Shown here: positions 8,789 to 17,598 of the stretch, in pieces
Numbering within the stretch: position 1 is the stretch's first letter
How the letters are laid out: the number at the start of each line of letters is the position of its first letter
Source: Verrucomicrobiota bacterium
GTDB taxonomy: Bacteria; Verrucomicrobiota; Verrucomicrobiia; Limisphaerales; UBA11358
Length of the DNA: 64,000 bases
Assembly (NCBI GenBank): GCA_028873125.1
Contig: JAGWMQ010000003.1
Coordinates: 15,295 to 79,294, forward strand
Reading direction: 5' to 3'
Translations under genes and position numbers: made by a program
The notes under the pieces: model-generated
Databases searched by the model: none
Seen by the model: only the letters and a program-made list of their open reading frames with translations
Told to the model about the DNA's origin: nothing

Positions 8789-9739
8789 ATGCAACACCCA
8801 TCCGTGACCGTCCAGCAGTTCTACGAGCAACACGCCGGCCCCCTGCAAATGCGCCTGCTGGCCGGCGTGGACCACCTGGAGCGCATCATTCGCGAGCCGA
8901 CCGTGAACCGTCCGGGGCTGGCGTTGAGTGGGTTCACGCAGTACTTCGCCCACAAGCGCGTGCAGGCGATGGGCAACGCCGAGTGCCATTACCTGCGCTC
9001 GCTGTCGCCAGCCCAGCGCCAGAAGCATTGCGCGGACCTGTTCGCGTTCAAAATCCCCTGCTTTGTGTTCAGCCGCGGCCTGAAGCCGGATGCGGAGTTT
9101 CTGGCGGCCGCGGCGGCGGCGAACACGCCGATTTTCCAGACGCCGCTGGTGACGATGAAATTCATCAACCGCGCCACCCTCGCGCTGGAAATGATGTTCG
9201 CGCCGCGCGGGACGGAACTGGGCAGCATGGTGGACATCCTGGGCGTGGGCGTCATCATCCGCGGCGAGAGCGGCATCGGCAAGAGCGAGTGCGTCCTGGC
9301 CCTCATCGAACGCGGCTACAGCCTCGTGGCCGACGACGTGGTCAAGGTCGCGCTGGTGGACGCGCGCGAAGTCATGTGTACCAGCGCGGAATTGACGCGC
9401 AACCACATGGAGGTGCGCGGCATCGGCATCGTCAACGTCGCGGCCATGTTCGGCGTCAAGAGCATCCGCAAGGAAAAGACGCTGGACCTGGTCATCACCC
9501 TCAAAGCCTGGGACGAAGCCGACGATATGGAACGTCTGGGCATGGAGCAGGAATTCGTCAGCATCCTGGGCGTGAACATCCCGCACATCACCATCCCGGT
9601 GCGGCCCGGCCGCGACCTGGCCCGGCTGATCGAGGTGGCCGCGTTCCAGACCAAGCTGAAAATGTCGGGCCAGAACGCCGCGCAGGAATTGAACGAGCGG
9701 CTCATTGCCAAAATGGTCCCCGGCACCCCCGGCAAGTAA
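8789..9739 (+). CDS. hprK: HPr kinase/phosphorylase
   Basis: GESGIGKSE P-loop, SLVADDVV, MEVRGIGIVNV signature. ATG at 8789 is preferred over the TTG at 8708. Confidence 0.9.
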   Translation: MQHPSVTVQQFYEQHAGPLQMRLLAGVDHLERIIREPTVNRPGLALSGFTQYFAHKRVQAMGNAECHYLRSLSPAQRQKHCADLFAFKIPCFVFSRGLKPDAEFLAAAAAANTPIFQTPLVTMKFINRATLALEMMFAPRGTELGSMVDILGVGVIIRGESGIGKSECVLALIERGYSLVADDVVKVALVDAREVMCTSAELTRNHMEVRGIGIVNVAAMFGVKSIRKEKTLDLVITLKAWDEADDMERLGMEQEFVSILGVNIPHITIPVRPGRDLARLIEVAAFQTKLKMSGQNAAQELNERLIAKMVPGTPGK

Positions 9740-9830
9740 ATCCTCGACGCGGCCCCCTTCAACGCCTCCAGCGGCCAACCCGGCCGGTGAACATTTCGCT
9801 GGCGTGAGGACGCGAGTTCATCTACAGTCC

Positions 9831-10142
9831 ATGTTGACTGGACCGATGAGCGCCAAGACAATGCCGGCAGACACCGCACTCGACAAAGAGTTGACCATCA
9901 CGAACAAGCTGGGCATCCATGCCCGGCCGGCCGCACTCTTCGTCAAGACCGCCAACCGTTTCGCTTGCGACATCATGGTCGAAAAGGACGGCGAAAAAAT
10001 CAACGGCAAGAGCATCATGGGCCTGATGATGCTTGCCGCCGGCCCCGGCAGCAAAGTCCGGCTGCACGCCTCCGGCCGGGACGCGCACCAGGCCCTGGCC
10101 GAACTCGAAGCCCTTGTCCAGCGGAAGTTCGACGAGGAGTAA
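9831..10142 (+). CDS. ptsH: Phosphocarrier protein HPr
   Basis: NKLGIHARPAALFV (active-site His) and INGKSIMGLMMLAAGPG (regulatory Ser). Start is uncertain: 9831, 9846 or 9861. Confidence 0.85.
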   Translation: MLTGPMSAKTMPADTALDKELTITNKLGIHARPAALFVKTANRFACDIMVEKDGEKINGKSIMGLMMLAAGPGSKVRLHASGRDAHQALAELEALVQRKFDEE

Positions 10143-10226
10143 CCGGGGAATGGCGGTCCGGCTCCCTTCCGTGTCGCACCTTCGGCCGGGGCGCCGGGCG
10201 TCCGGACTTTGAGCCTTGAAGTTTGA

Positions 10227-10538
10227 ATGCCAAACCCTACCCTTCCGCGCATGGCTGCGGTTCACTTCGACATCCAATACGTCGCGCATCTCGCGCGGCT
10301 CGCCCTCTCTCCCGACGAAGAAACAAAACTTGCCGCGCAACTGGGCGACATCCTCGGCTACATCGAAAAACTGAAGGAACTGGACGTGACGCATGTCGAG
10401 CCGACCGCCCACGCCGTCCCGCGGGTCAATGTCACGCGCCCTGACGAAGTCGGCCCGTCATTGGCGCGCGCCGACGCGCTGCGCAACGCGCCCGCGCAGG
10501 CCAACGGCCTGTTCATCGTCCCCAAAATTGTGGAATGA
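10227..10538 (+). CDS. gatC: Asp/Glu-tRNA amidotransferase subunit C
   Basis: VAHLARLALSPDEETKLAAQLGDILGYIEKL. An alternative start at 10251 would give the typical 95 aa. Confidence 0.9.
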   Translation: MPNPTLPRMAAVHFDIQYVAHLARLALSPDEETKLAAQLGDILGYIEKLKELDVTHVEPTAHAVPRVNVTRPDEVGPSLARADALRNAPAQANGLFIVPKIVE

Positions 10539-10613
10539 AAACGAGACACGCCGAACCGCGCGCGGCCCAATCCTTTTTCGTGTAGCGCGCGTGTTTCGTG
10601 GCTGAAGAATCAG

Positions 10614-12092
10614 ATGCTCAATCAACTCACCATCTCCGAACTTTCGGCCCGGCTCGCCCGCCGCGAGGTCTCAGCGCGCGAGGCGATGCAATCGTGTCTG
10701 GAGCGGATCGCGCGCGTGGACGGTAAGATTCACGCTTTTATCAGCCACGACGCCGAGGACGCGCTCGCGCAAGCGGACGCGGCGGACCAATGGCTCGCCC
10801 GGCAGGGCGGCAAGAACGCCGGCCCCGACGGCGGCCGCCCGCTGCTGGGAATCCCCATCGCCATCAAAGATGTCCTGGCAGTCAAAAACCAGCCGCTGAA
10901 CTGCGGCTCGAAAATCCTCGATCATTTCATTTCGCCCTACGACGCGACAGTCGTTGAAAAACTCAGGGCGGCCGGCGTGATCGTCTTTGGCCGGCTGAAC
11001 ATGGATGAATTTGCGATGGGCAGTTCCACGGAAAACTCCGCGTTCGGCGTCACCCATAATCCGTGGGATCTGGCGCGCATTCCGGGCGGTTCGTCCGGCG
11101 GCTCGGCGGCGGCGGTCGCGGCCGACGAATGCCTGGCCGCACTCGGGTCGGACACCGGCGGCTCGATCCGCCAGCCGGCGGCCTTGTGCGGCTGCGTGGG
11201 ACTGAAACCCACTTACGGTCGCGTCTCCCGCTACGGCCTCGTCGCCTTTGCCAGTTCCCTGGACCAGGTCGGTTCGTTCACCAAGGACGCCCGCGACGCG
11301 GCGATTCTGCTCGGGGCGCTGGCCGGACACGATCCGCGCGACTCCACCAGCGTGCCGCAGCCCGCGCCCGATTACGCCGCGCGGTTGACCGGCGAGATCA
11401 AGGGACTCAAGCTCGGCCTGCCGCGCGAATACCTGGTGGGCGGTCTGGACGCCGAAGTGAAGGCGGCCGTGGAGGCCGCCGTGAAAAAATTCCAGGAACT
11501 CGGCGCGGAGGTTGTGGAAATCTCGCTGCCGCACACCGATTACGCCGTGGCGGTTTACTATATTGTCGCCACGGCCGAGGCCTCGGCGAACCTGGCGCGG
11601 TTCGACGGCATCCGCTACGGCCTGCGCGTGGACAGCGTTGATCCGACCGAACTCTACCGCCGGACGCGCGGCGCGGGGTTCGGCGCGGAGGTAAAGCGGC
11701 GGATCATTCTGGGCGCCTACGTCCTCAGCAGCGGCTACTACGACGCCTATTATCTGCGCGCCCAAAAGGTCCGCACGCTCATTCGCGGCGATTTTCTGAA
11801 GGCCTTTGAAAGCGTGGACGCCATCGTGACGCCCACCACGCCGACGGCGGCGTTCAAGGTCGGCGAAAAATCCGACGACCCGCTGCAGATGTACTTGTCC
11901 GACATTTTCACCATTTCGTGCAACCTCGCCGGAACCTGCGGCCTGAGCGTGCCTTGCGGATTCACCCGGAATCCGAAATTGCCGATCGGGCTGCAGCTTC
12001 TTGGCAGGCCCTTCGGTGAGGAAACGCTCCTCAACCTGGCATGGGCCTTCGAGCAAAACACGGCCTGGCACCGGGAAAAACCGCCGCTGTGA
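10614..12092 (+). CDS. gatA: Asp/Glu-tRNA amidotransferase subunit A
   Basis: Amidase signature [13 protein letters not shown] and [13 protein letters not shown]; 492 aa. Confidence 0.95.
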   Translation: MLNQLTISELSARLARREVSAREAMQSCLERIARVDGKIHAFISHDAEDALAQADAADQWLARQGGKNAGPDGGRPLLGIPIAIKDVLAVKNQPLNCGSKILDHFISPYDATVVEKLRAAGVIVFGRLNMDEFAMGSSTENSAFGVTHNPWDLARIPGGSSGGSAAAVAADECLAALGSDTGGSIRQPAALCGCVGLKPTYGRVSRYGLVAFASSLDQVGSFTKDARDAAILLGALAGHDPRDSTSVPQPAPDYAARLTGEIKGLKLGLPREYLVGGLDAEVKAAVEAAVKKFQELGAEVVEISLPHTDYAVAVYYIVATAEASANLARFDGIRYGLRVDSVDPTELYRRTRGAGFGAEVKRRIILGAYVLSSGYYDAYYLRAQKVRTLIRGDFLKAFESVDAIVTPTTPTAAFKVGEKSDDPLQMYLSDIFTISCNLAGTCGLSVPCGFTRNPKLPIGLQLLGRPFGEETLLNLAWAFEQNTAWHREKPPL

Positions 12093-12114
12093 ACCGGAGG
12101 TTGCGGCAGGACCA

Positions 12115-12150
12115 GGTTTCCAAATTCCGGTTTCCAAATTCCGGTTTGCC
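12115..12150 (+). repeat. Tandem 14-mer ggtttccaaattcc x2 plus a partial third unit; solo-arm relative of the ttccaa hairpin family
   Basis: Direct tandem repeat read in the gatA|cimA gap. No complementary arm was found nearby. Confidence 0.7.
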
Positions 12151-12199
12151 ACGGGCGCTGGTTTCAGAGATACTGTTTGGCCGTTTTACAGGCCATTTT

Positions 12200-13759
12200 A
12201 TGAAACCCCAGATCGAAATCTACGACACGACTCTGCGCGACGGGTCGCAAGGCGAGGGCGTCAATTTCTCGGTGGCGGACAAGCTCCGCATTGCCGAGCG
12301 GCTCGACGCCTTCGGGGTTCAGTACATTGAAGGCGGCTGGCCCGGCAGCAATCCCAAGGATCTGGAGTTTTTCAAGCAAGCCGCGCGGCGGAAGTGGAAG
12401 CACGCCAAAATCGCCGCCTTTAGCATGACCCGGCGCAAGGGTGTCGCGGTGGAAACCGATGAATTGATGCGGCAGATTCTGGAGGCGGACACGCCCGTCG
12501 TCACCATCGTCGGCAAGACGTGGCTGCTGCACGTCACCGAAGTCCTGCGCGCCAAGCCCGACGAAAACCTGGCCATGATCGGCGACACCATCCGCTTTCT
12601 GAAGGACCACGGCAAGACCGTCATTTACGACGCCGAGCACAGCTTCGACGGCTGCAAGGACGAGCCGGACTACGCGCTGGCCACCTGGCAGGCCGCCGAA
12701 AAGGCCGGCGCCGATTGCGTCGTGCTGTGCGACACCAACGGCGGCTGTCTGCCGGGTGAAGTCGCGCGCATCACGGCGGTCGCCAAGGGCAAATTGACCT
12801 GCCCGATCGGCATCCACACGCACGACGATTGCGGCGTGGGCGTGGCCAACGCGGTGGCGGCGGTGGACGCCGGCGCCACTCAGGTGCAGGGCACCATCAA
12901 CGGCTACGGCGAACGCACGGGCAATTGCAATTTGATCAGCATCATCCCGCTGCTGCATTTCAAGATGAACAGATCCGCCGTGCCCGCGCAGTCGCTGCCC
13001 AAGCTCAAGGAGCTTTCCGAGTTCGTGGACGAGATCGCCAACATGCGCCACAACCCGCGCCAGCCGTGGGTCGGGGCGACGGCGTTCGCGCACAAGGGTG
13101 GCATGCACGTGCATGCCATTGACCGGGTCGCCCGCAGTTATGAGCACATCCAGCCCGAGGCGGTCGGGAATTCACGCCGCGTGCTCATCAGCGACATGTC
13201 GGGACGCACGAACATCCTGATGAAGTCGGCCGAACTGGGTTTCAAACTCACGCCGGACACGCCGGAATTGAAGGCCATCACCGCGCGTGTCAAGGAATTG
13301 GAAAACGAGGGCTATGAATACGAGGCCGCCGAAGGCTCGCTGGCGCTGCTCATCAGCAAGACCTTGAAGCACCGCGATCTCCCCTTCCGCGTGGACGCCT
13401 ACCATGTATCCATGCGGCGCAACGGCGCGGAAAACATCTGCGAGGCGACGGTAAAGGTCATCGTCGGCGGCCAGACGGCGCACACCGTGGCCGAAGGCGA
13501 CGGCCCGGTGAACGCGCTCGACGGCGCATTGCGGCTGGCGCTGGTGAAATTTTTCCCGCAACTCCAGAACGTGACCCTCACCGACTACAAGGTGCGCATC
13601 CTGGACAGTGCCACCGGCACGGCTGCGAAAACCCGCGTGCTCATCCAGTCCAGCGACGGCAAGCGGGAGTGGGGGACCGTCGGCGTGGACGAAAACATCA
13701 TCGAAGCCAGCCTGCAGGCGCTGGTAGATTCGATGGAATTCGCGCTGTTGAAGAAATGA
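12200..13759 (+). CDS. cimA: Citramalate synthase (LeuA/CimA family, long form)
   Basis: IEIYDTTLRDGSQGEGV, HTHDDCGVGVANAVAAV, and a C-terminal LeuA-dimer-like regulatory domain. ATG at 12200; the ORF extension back to 12041 reads through the repeat. Confidence 0.85.
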   Translation: MKPQIEIYDTTLRDGSQGEGVNFSVADKLRIAERLDAFGVQYIEGGWPGSNPKDLEFFKQAARRKWKHAKIAAFSMTRRKGVAVETDELMRQILEADTPVVTIVGKTWLLHVTEVLRAKPDENLAMIGDTIRFLKDHGKTVIYDAEHSFDGCKDEPDYALATWQAAEKAGADCVVLCDTNGGCLPGEVARITAVAKGKLTCPIGIHTHDDCGVGVANAVAAVDAGATQVQGTINGYGERTGNCNLISIIPLLHFKMNRSAVPAQSLPKLKELSEFVDEIANMRHNPRQPWVGATAFAHKGGMHVHAIDRVARSYEHIQPEAVGNSRRVLISDMSGRTNILMKSAELGFKLTPDTPELKAITARVKELENEGYEYEAAEGSLALLISKTLKHRDLPFRVDAYHVSMRRNGAENICEATVKVIVGGQTAHTVAEGDGPVNALDGALRLALVKFFPQLQNVTLTDYKVRILDSATGTAAKTRVLIQSSDGKREWGTVGVDENIIEASLQALVDSMEFALLKK

Positions 13760-13765
13760 AAGGGT

Positions 13766-14318
13766 TTGACGCGAATTAACGCGAATTTTTGAAGCGGAAC
13801 CATGAGTGAACTGCTTTATAAGGATGAAGTGTTTAAGCTCATCGGTTTCTGCATGGAAATTCACCGCGAGTTGGGCAAAGGCCATGACGAGGTGATTTAC
13901 AAGGACGCCCTTGTCGTCGAGTTGCAGCGCGCCAAAATTCCTTTCGCCCGCGAGCTAAAATATGAAGTGAGGTACAAGGGTGTGATTCTGCCTCACCATT
14001 ATCAGGCCGACTTCGTGGTGTGGAATAAAATCCTTTTTGAAGCCAAGGCTGTCGAGACGTTGACCGAGGCATACGTCAAACAAGTTCTAAATTATCTGGC
14101 CGCCTCGAAACTTGAACTCGGCTTGCTCGTCAACTTCGGCGCCGATTCACTGGAATGGAAGCGGGTCGTCTTAAGCAGATCCAAGCCACAGCCATTGCCG
14201 AAAGATTTTCGCCTATGAAGCACAAGACCTCGATGCGGATTACGCTAATTATCGCGAATCTCTTTTCGTGTTTGTGTGTTCCTCTTAATTCGCGTCAATT
14301 CGCGTAATTCGCGTCAAA
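13766..14318. mobile_element. Small cassette: aattcgcg-type inverted repeats bracketing a GxxExxY gene
   Basis: Left end ttgacgcgaattaacgcgaatt (13766-13787). Right end ttaattcgcgtcaattcgcgtaattcgcgtcaa (14286-14318). The ends are near reverse complements. The interior has visibly lower GC than the flanks. Confidence 0.55.
13802..14218 (+). CDS. GxxExxY family protein (PD-(D/E)XK nuclease-like fold)
   Basis: Motif GKGHDEVIYKDA (G-x-x-E-x-x-Y); ADFVVWNKILFEAK (D...E-x-K-like); LNYLAASKLELGLLVNFG. Confidence 0.8.
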   Translation: MSELLYKDEVFKLIGFCMEIHRELGKGHDEVIYKDALVVELQRAKIPFARELKYEVRYKGVILPHHYQADFVVWNKILFEAKAVETLTEAYVKQVLNYLAASKLELGLLVNFGADSLEWKRVVLSRSKPQPLPKDFRL

Positions 14319-14326
14319 AATTTGCC

Positions 14327-17300
14327 ATGTCTGAAATCTCCAAAGCCTACGAACCGCAGTCCGTCGAGGAAAAGTGGTATCAATTTTGGCTCGACCAGAA
14401 ATGCTTCGTCGCCCATCCGCAATCGCCCAAGCCCGCCTATTCCATCGTCATCCCGCCGCCGAACGTCACCGGCGTGCTCACCCTGGGCCACGTCCTCAAC
14501 AACACCATCCAGGACATCCTCGCCCGCAAGGCGCGCATGGACGGCAAGGAAGTCCTCTGGCTGCCCGGCACCGATCACGCCGGTATCGCCACCCAGACCG
14601 TCGTCGAGAAGGCGTTGAAGAAGGCGGGTGAAATCAAACACCGCGACGACTTGGGCCGCAAGAAATTCCTCGAACGCGTCTGGCAATGGAAGGAAAAGCA
14701 CGGCGGCATCATCATCCAGCAATTGAAAAAGCTCGGCGCGTCGTGCGATTGGACACGTGAACGGTTCACGATGGACCCGGAGTATTCGCGCTGCGTGCAG
14801 AAGGTGTTCGTGGAGCTTTACAAAAAGGGCCTCATCTACCGCGGCAAACGCATGGTCAACTGGTGTCCGGCTTCGCTCACCGCGCTGTCCGACGAGGAAG
14901 TGGTGATGAAGGAGCAGAAAGGCTCGCTCTATTACTTCAAAGTCGAGGTTGTTGACATGGGGAGCGCGACCGTCCCGGTTGCAGATTCTGGCGTCTCGCC
15001 AGAATCCTCTTCGCGCGCGGGAGATCCGATTGGCGCGACGCCAATCGGAGCAGGCGAGACGCCCCCGCTCCGCGGAGAAAAAATTTTCCTGACCATCGCC
15101 ACGACGCGGCCGGAGACAATTCCCGGCGATACCGCCCTGGCCGTGAATCCGAAGGACCCACGCTACGCCAAATTCATCGGCAAACACGCCATCCGACCGT
15201 TACCTGCTGAATTACCGCGCGAGCAAAAGCTGATTCCCGTCATCGGCGACGAGCACGTGGATTTTGAATTCGGCACCGGTGTGCTCAAGGTGACGCCGGC
15301 GCACGACAAGGCGGACTTTGAAATTGGCCAGCGGCATAATCTGCCGCAGATTGACATCATGCATCCCAACGGCCACATGAACCAACTGGCCGGAAAGGAT
15401 TTGAACGGGCTGGACCGGTTCAAGGCGCGCAAAGTTGCTTTGGAAAAACTCGCGGAGCTTGGCGTTTTCGAAAAGGAGGAGCCATACACCAATAACGTCG
15501 GCTTCAGCGAGCGCGCCGACGTGCCGATTGAACCGCGCCTGAGCGAGCAATGGTTTTTGAAATATCCGAGCGTGGAGAAAGCGAGGAATTGCGTGGATTG
15601 GGGGAGCGCGACCGTCCCGGTTGCCAATTCCGGCGTCGCGCCGGAATCTTCGCCAGACAAATTTAAGGTTGCCGAACAAGCATTGGACGCGACGCCCAAT
15701 GCAGCACGCGAGACGCGTGCGCTCCCCGATAAAATGCGCTTCCACCCACAGCGCTGGGCGAAGGTTTATGACCATTGGATGGGCGGTTTGCAGGACTGGT
15801 GCATCAGCCGCCAGCTTTGGTGGGGACACCGGATTCCGGTGTGGAAGAAAATGTTTGGAGGAGGAATTCCGAATTCCAATCCGTTAAGCGCAATTGAGCA
15901 AAAGGCACAGTTTGATTCCGTGGAAAAACTACAAATCGTGAAAGGCATGAAAGAAATCCGATCCACGGAAACATCTTCTGCAAGTATGTTCGGGCAAACT
16001 TTCTTCAAGTTCGAGAAATCTATTTTTGAGAACGAACATTTGAATTTACCCACGACGACCACGACAGTTGTTACAGCTTTAACTTATGATGCACACGGTG
16101 CCCACGCGTTGAACGACGCAGGTTTTGTCCAAGACCCCGACGTGCTCGACACCTGGTTCAGTTCCTGGCTCTGGCCGTTTGCCACGATGGGCTGGCCGGA
16201 GCAGACCGAGACGTTGAAAAAATTTTATCCGACCACCGATCTCGTCACCGGGCCGGACATCATTTTCTTCTGGGTCGCGCGCATGATCATGGCCGGCTAC
16301 GAGTTCATGGGTGAGATGCCGTTCCGCAACGTCTATTTCACCGGCATCATCCGCGACAAGCAGGGGCGCAAGATGTCCAAGAGCCTCGGCAATTCGCCCG
16401 ACCCGCTCGACCTCGTCGGCAAATACGGCGCCGACGCGCTCCGGTTCGGCACGATGCGCAGCGCGCCGCTGGGCCAGGACATTTTGTTCGACGAACAAAA
16501 CGTCGAGTTTGGCCGCAATTTCTGCAACAAGCTCTGGAATGCCTGCCGCTTCCGCCAACTGCAGGGCGGCGAAGTGCAGGGCGAAATCGTCCCGCAACTG
16601 CTCACGAGCGACGACAAATGGATTCTGCTCAAGCTCGACGCCGCCATCCGCGAAATCAACGCCGCGTTCGCCGAATACAAATTCAGCGACGCGACGGCGA
16701 CGCTCCACCGCTTTTTCTGGAGCGAGTATTGCGACTGGTATGTCGAGGCGAGCAAGGCGGCGTTGGGGAACGCGCGCGTCCCGCGTGCGGATTCCGGCGT
16801 CGCGCCGGAATCTTCGTCTGACAACCATAACCTTGAAGAACGAGCATCGGGCGCGACGCCCGACGCGACAACCGGGACGGTCGCGCTCCCCGAAAAATTT
16901 GATGTGCGCACGGCGAACACGCTCGCGGTGATTGATTTTGTGCTCTCGCACACGTTGCGGCTGTTCCATCCGTTCCTGCCGTTCATCACCGAGGAATTGT
17001 GGCACGGGATGGGTTACGCCGACAACATGCCGGACGACCAGGGCGGCCGGACCATCATGTTCGCGCCGTGGCCGAAGCCGCTGGACGACGATTTCAAGGC
17101 GCACTACGGCTTGAGCGAACAGGATGAAGAATTCATCGAGGCGCGGAACGCATTGATTGCACTAGGCCGCAATCTGCGCCGCAACGCCAACATTCCGGCG
17201 AACAAAAAGGTGAAATTCATCTTCAAACCCAAGGGCCGGGCCTCGGCGAGCGACCTCGGGGTTTTGAAGTCCCTGCTCAATGCCGAAACCGTCGAGGTGA

Positions 17301-17587
17301 ATCCCCATTTTCAGCCCGCGAAAAATGTACTGGCGGCTCGCCACAAACTCGGCGAACTCCTTCTGCCGCTCGAAGGGTTGATTGACGTGGAAGCCGAAAC
17401 AGCGCGGCTGGAAAAGGAACTGGATAAAATCGAAGCAGAAATCGCGAAGGTCGAGCAGAAGCTGGCCAATCCGAATTTTACGCGGAAAGTCCCGCCGAAT
17501 GTTTTGGCGGAGCACCGGCAACGCCTTCTGGACTGGCTGGGCAAACTCGCGCACGTGAAATCGGCGTTGGCGGCGCTGCAAAATTGA
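14327..17587 (+). CDS. valS: Valine--tRNA ligase carrying four in-frame insertions
   Basis: PPPNVTGVLTLGH (HIGH), TTRPETIPGDTA, WCISRQLWWGHRIP, KMSKSLGN, and a C-terminal coiled coil. 1086 aa. Confidence 0.95.
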   Translation: MSEISKAYEPQSVEEKWYQFWLDQKCFVAHPQSPKPAYSIVIPPPNVTGVLTLGHVLNNTIQDILARKARMDGKEVLWLPGTDHAGIATQTVVEKALKKAGEIKHRDDLGRKKFLERVWQWKEKHGGIIIQQLKKLGASCDWTRERFTMDPEYSRCVQKVFVELYKKGLIYRGKRMVNWCPASLTALSDEEVVMKEQKGSLYYFKVEVVDMGSATVPVADSGVSPESSSRAGDPIGATPIGAGETPPLRGEKIFLTIATTRPETIPGDTALAVNPKDPRYAKFIGKHAIRPLPAELPREQKLIPVIGDEHVDFEFGTGVLKVTPAHDKADFEIGQRHNLPQIDIMHPNGHMNQLAGKDLNGLDRFKARKVALEKLAELGVFEKEEPYTNNVGFSERADVPIEPRLSEQWFLKYPSVEKARNCVDWGSATVPVANSGVAPESSPDKFKVAEQALDATPNAARETRALPDKMRFHPQRWAKVYDHWMGGLQDWCISRQLWWGHRIPVWKKMFGGGIPNSNPLSAIEQKAQFDSVEKLQIVKGMKEIRSTETSSASMFGQTFFKFEKSIFENEHLNLPTTTTTVVTALTYDAHGAHALNDAGFVQDPDVLDTWFSSWLWPFATMGWPEQTETLKKFYPTTDLVTGPDIIFFWVARMIMAGYEFMGEMPFRNVYFTGIIRDKQGRKMSKSLGNSPDPLDLVGKYGADALRFGTMRSAPLGQDILFDEQNVEFGRNFCNKLWNACRFRQLQGGEVQGEIVPQLLTSDDKWILLKLDAAIREINAAFAEYKFSDATATLHRFFWSEYCDWYVEASKAALGNARVPRADSGVAPESSSDNHNLEERASGATPDATTGTVALPEKFDVRTANTLAVIDFVLSHTLRLFHPFLPFITEELWHGMGYADNMPDDQGGRTIMFAPWPKPLDDDFKAHYGLSEQDEEFIEARNALIALGRNLRRNANIPANKKVKFIFKPKGRASASDLGVLKSLLNAETVEVNPHFQPAKNVLAARHKLGELLLPLEGLIDVEAETARLEKELDKIEAEIAKVEQKLANPNFTRKVPPNVLAEHRQRLLDWLGKLAHVKSALAALQN
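14959..15071. repeat. Intragenic structured palindromic element, copy A (in valS)
   Basis: Starts ggggagcgcgaccgtcccggttg. Hairpins at 14985-15005 (attctggcg/cgccagaat) and 15026-15048 (ccgattggcg/cgccaatcgg). The right end is degenerate. Confidence 0.8.
15601..15727. repeat. Intragenic structured palindromic element, copy B (in valS)
   Basis: ggggagcgcgaccgtcccggttg ... attccggcgtcgcgccggaat ... gcattggacgcgacgcccaatgc ... cacgcgagacgcgtgcgctcccc. Confidence 0.85.
16765..16891. repeat. Intragenic structured palindromic element, copy C (in valS)
   Basis: ggggaacgcgcgcgtcccgcgtg ... attccggcgtcgcgccggaat ... tcgggcgcgacgcccga ... caaccgggacggtcgcgctcccc. The right end is the exact reverse complement of the left end of copies A and B. 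Confidence 0.85.
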
Positions 17588-17598
17588 ATTTCGCAGGA

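Noticed and set aside
12041-12199. An N-terminal extension of cimA, and similar extensions of hprK (8708), the beta-helix gene (60547), the secretin-N gene (38074), the GspC-like gene (38859) and others.
   Set aside because: The extensions read through repeats or intergenic sequence, are Arg/Pro-rich, and precede an internal ATG that gives a canonical N-terminus or signal peptide.
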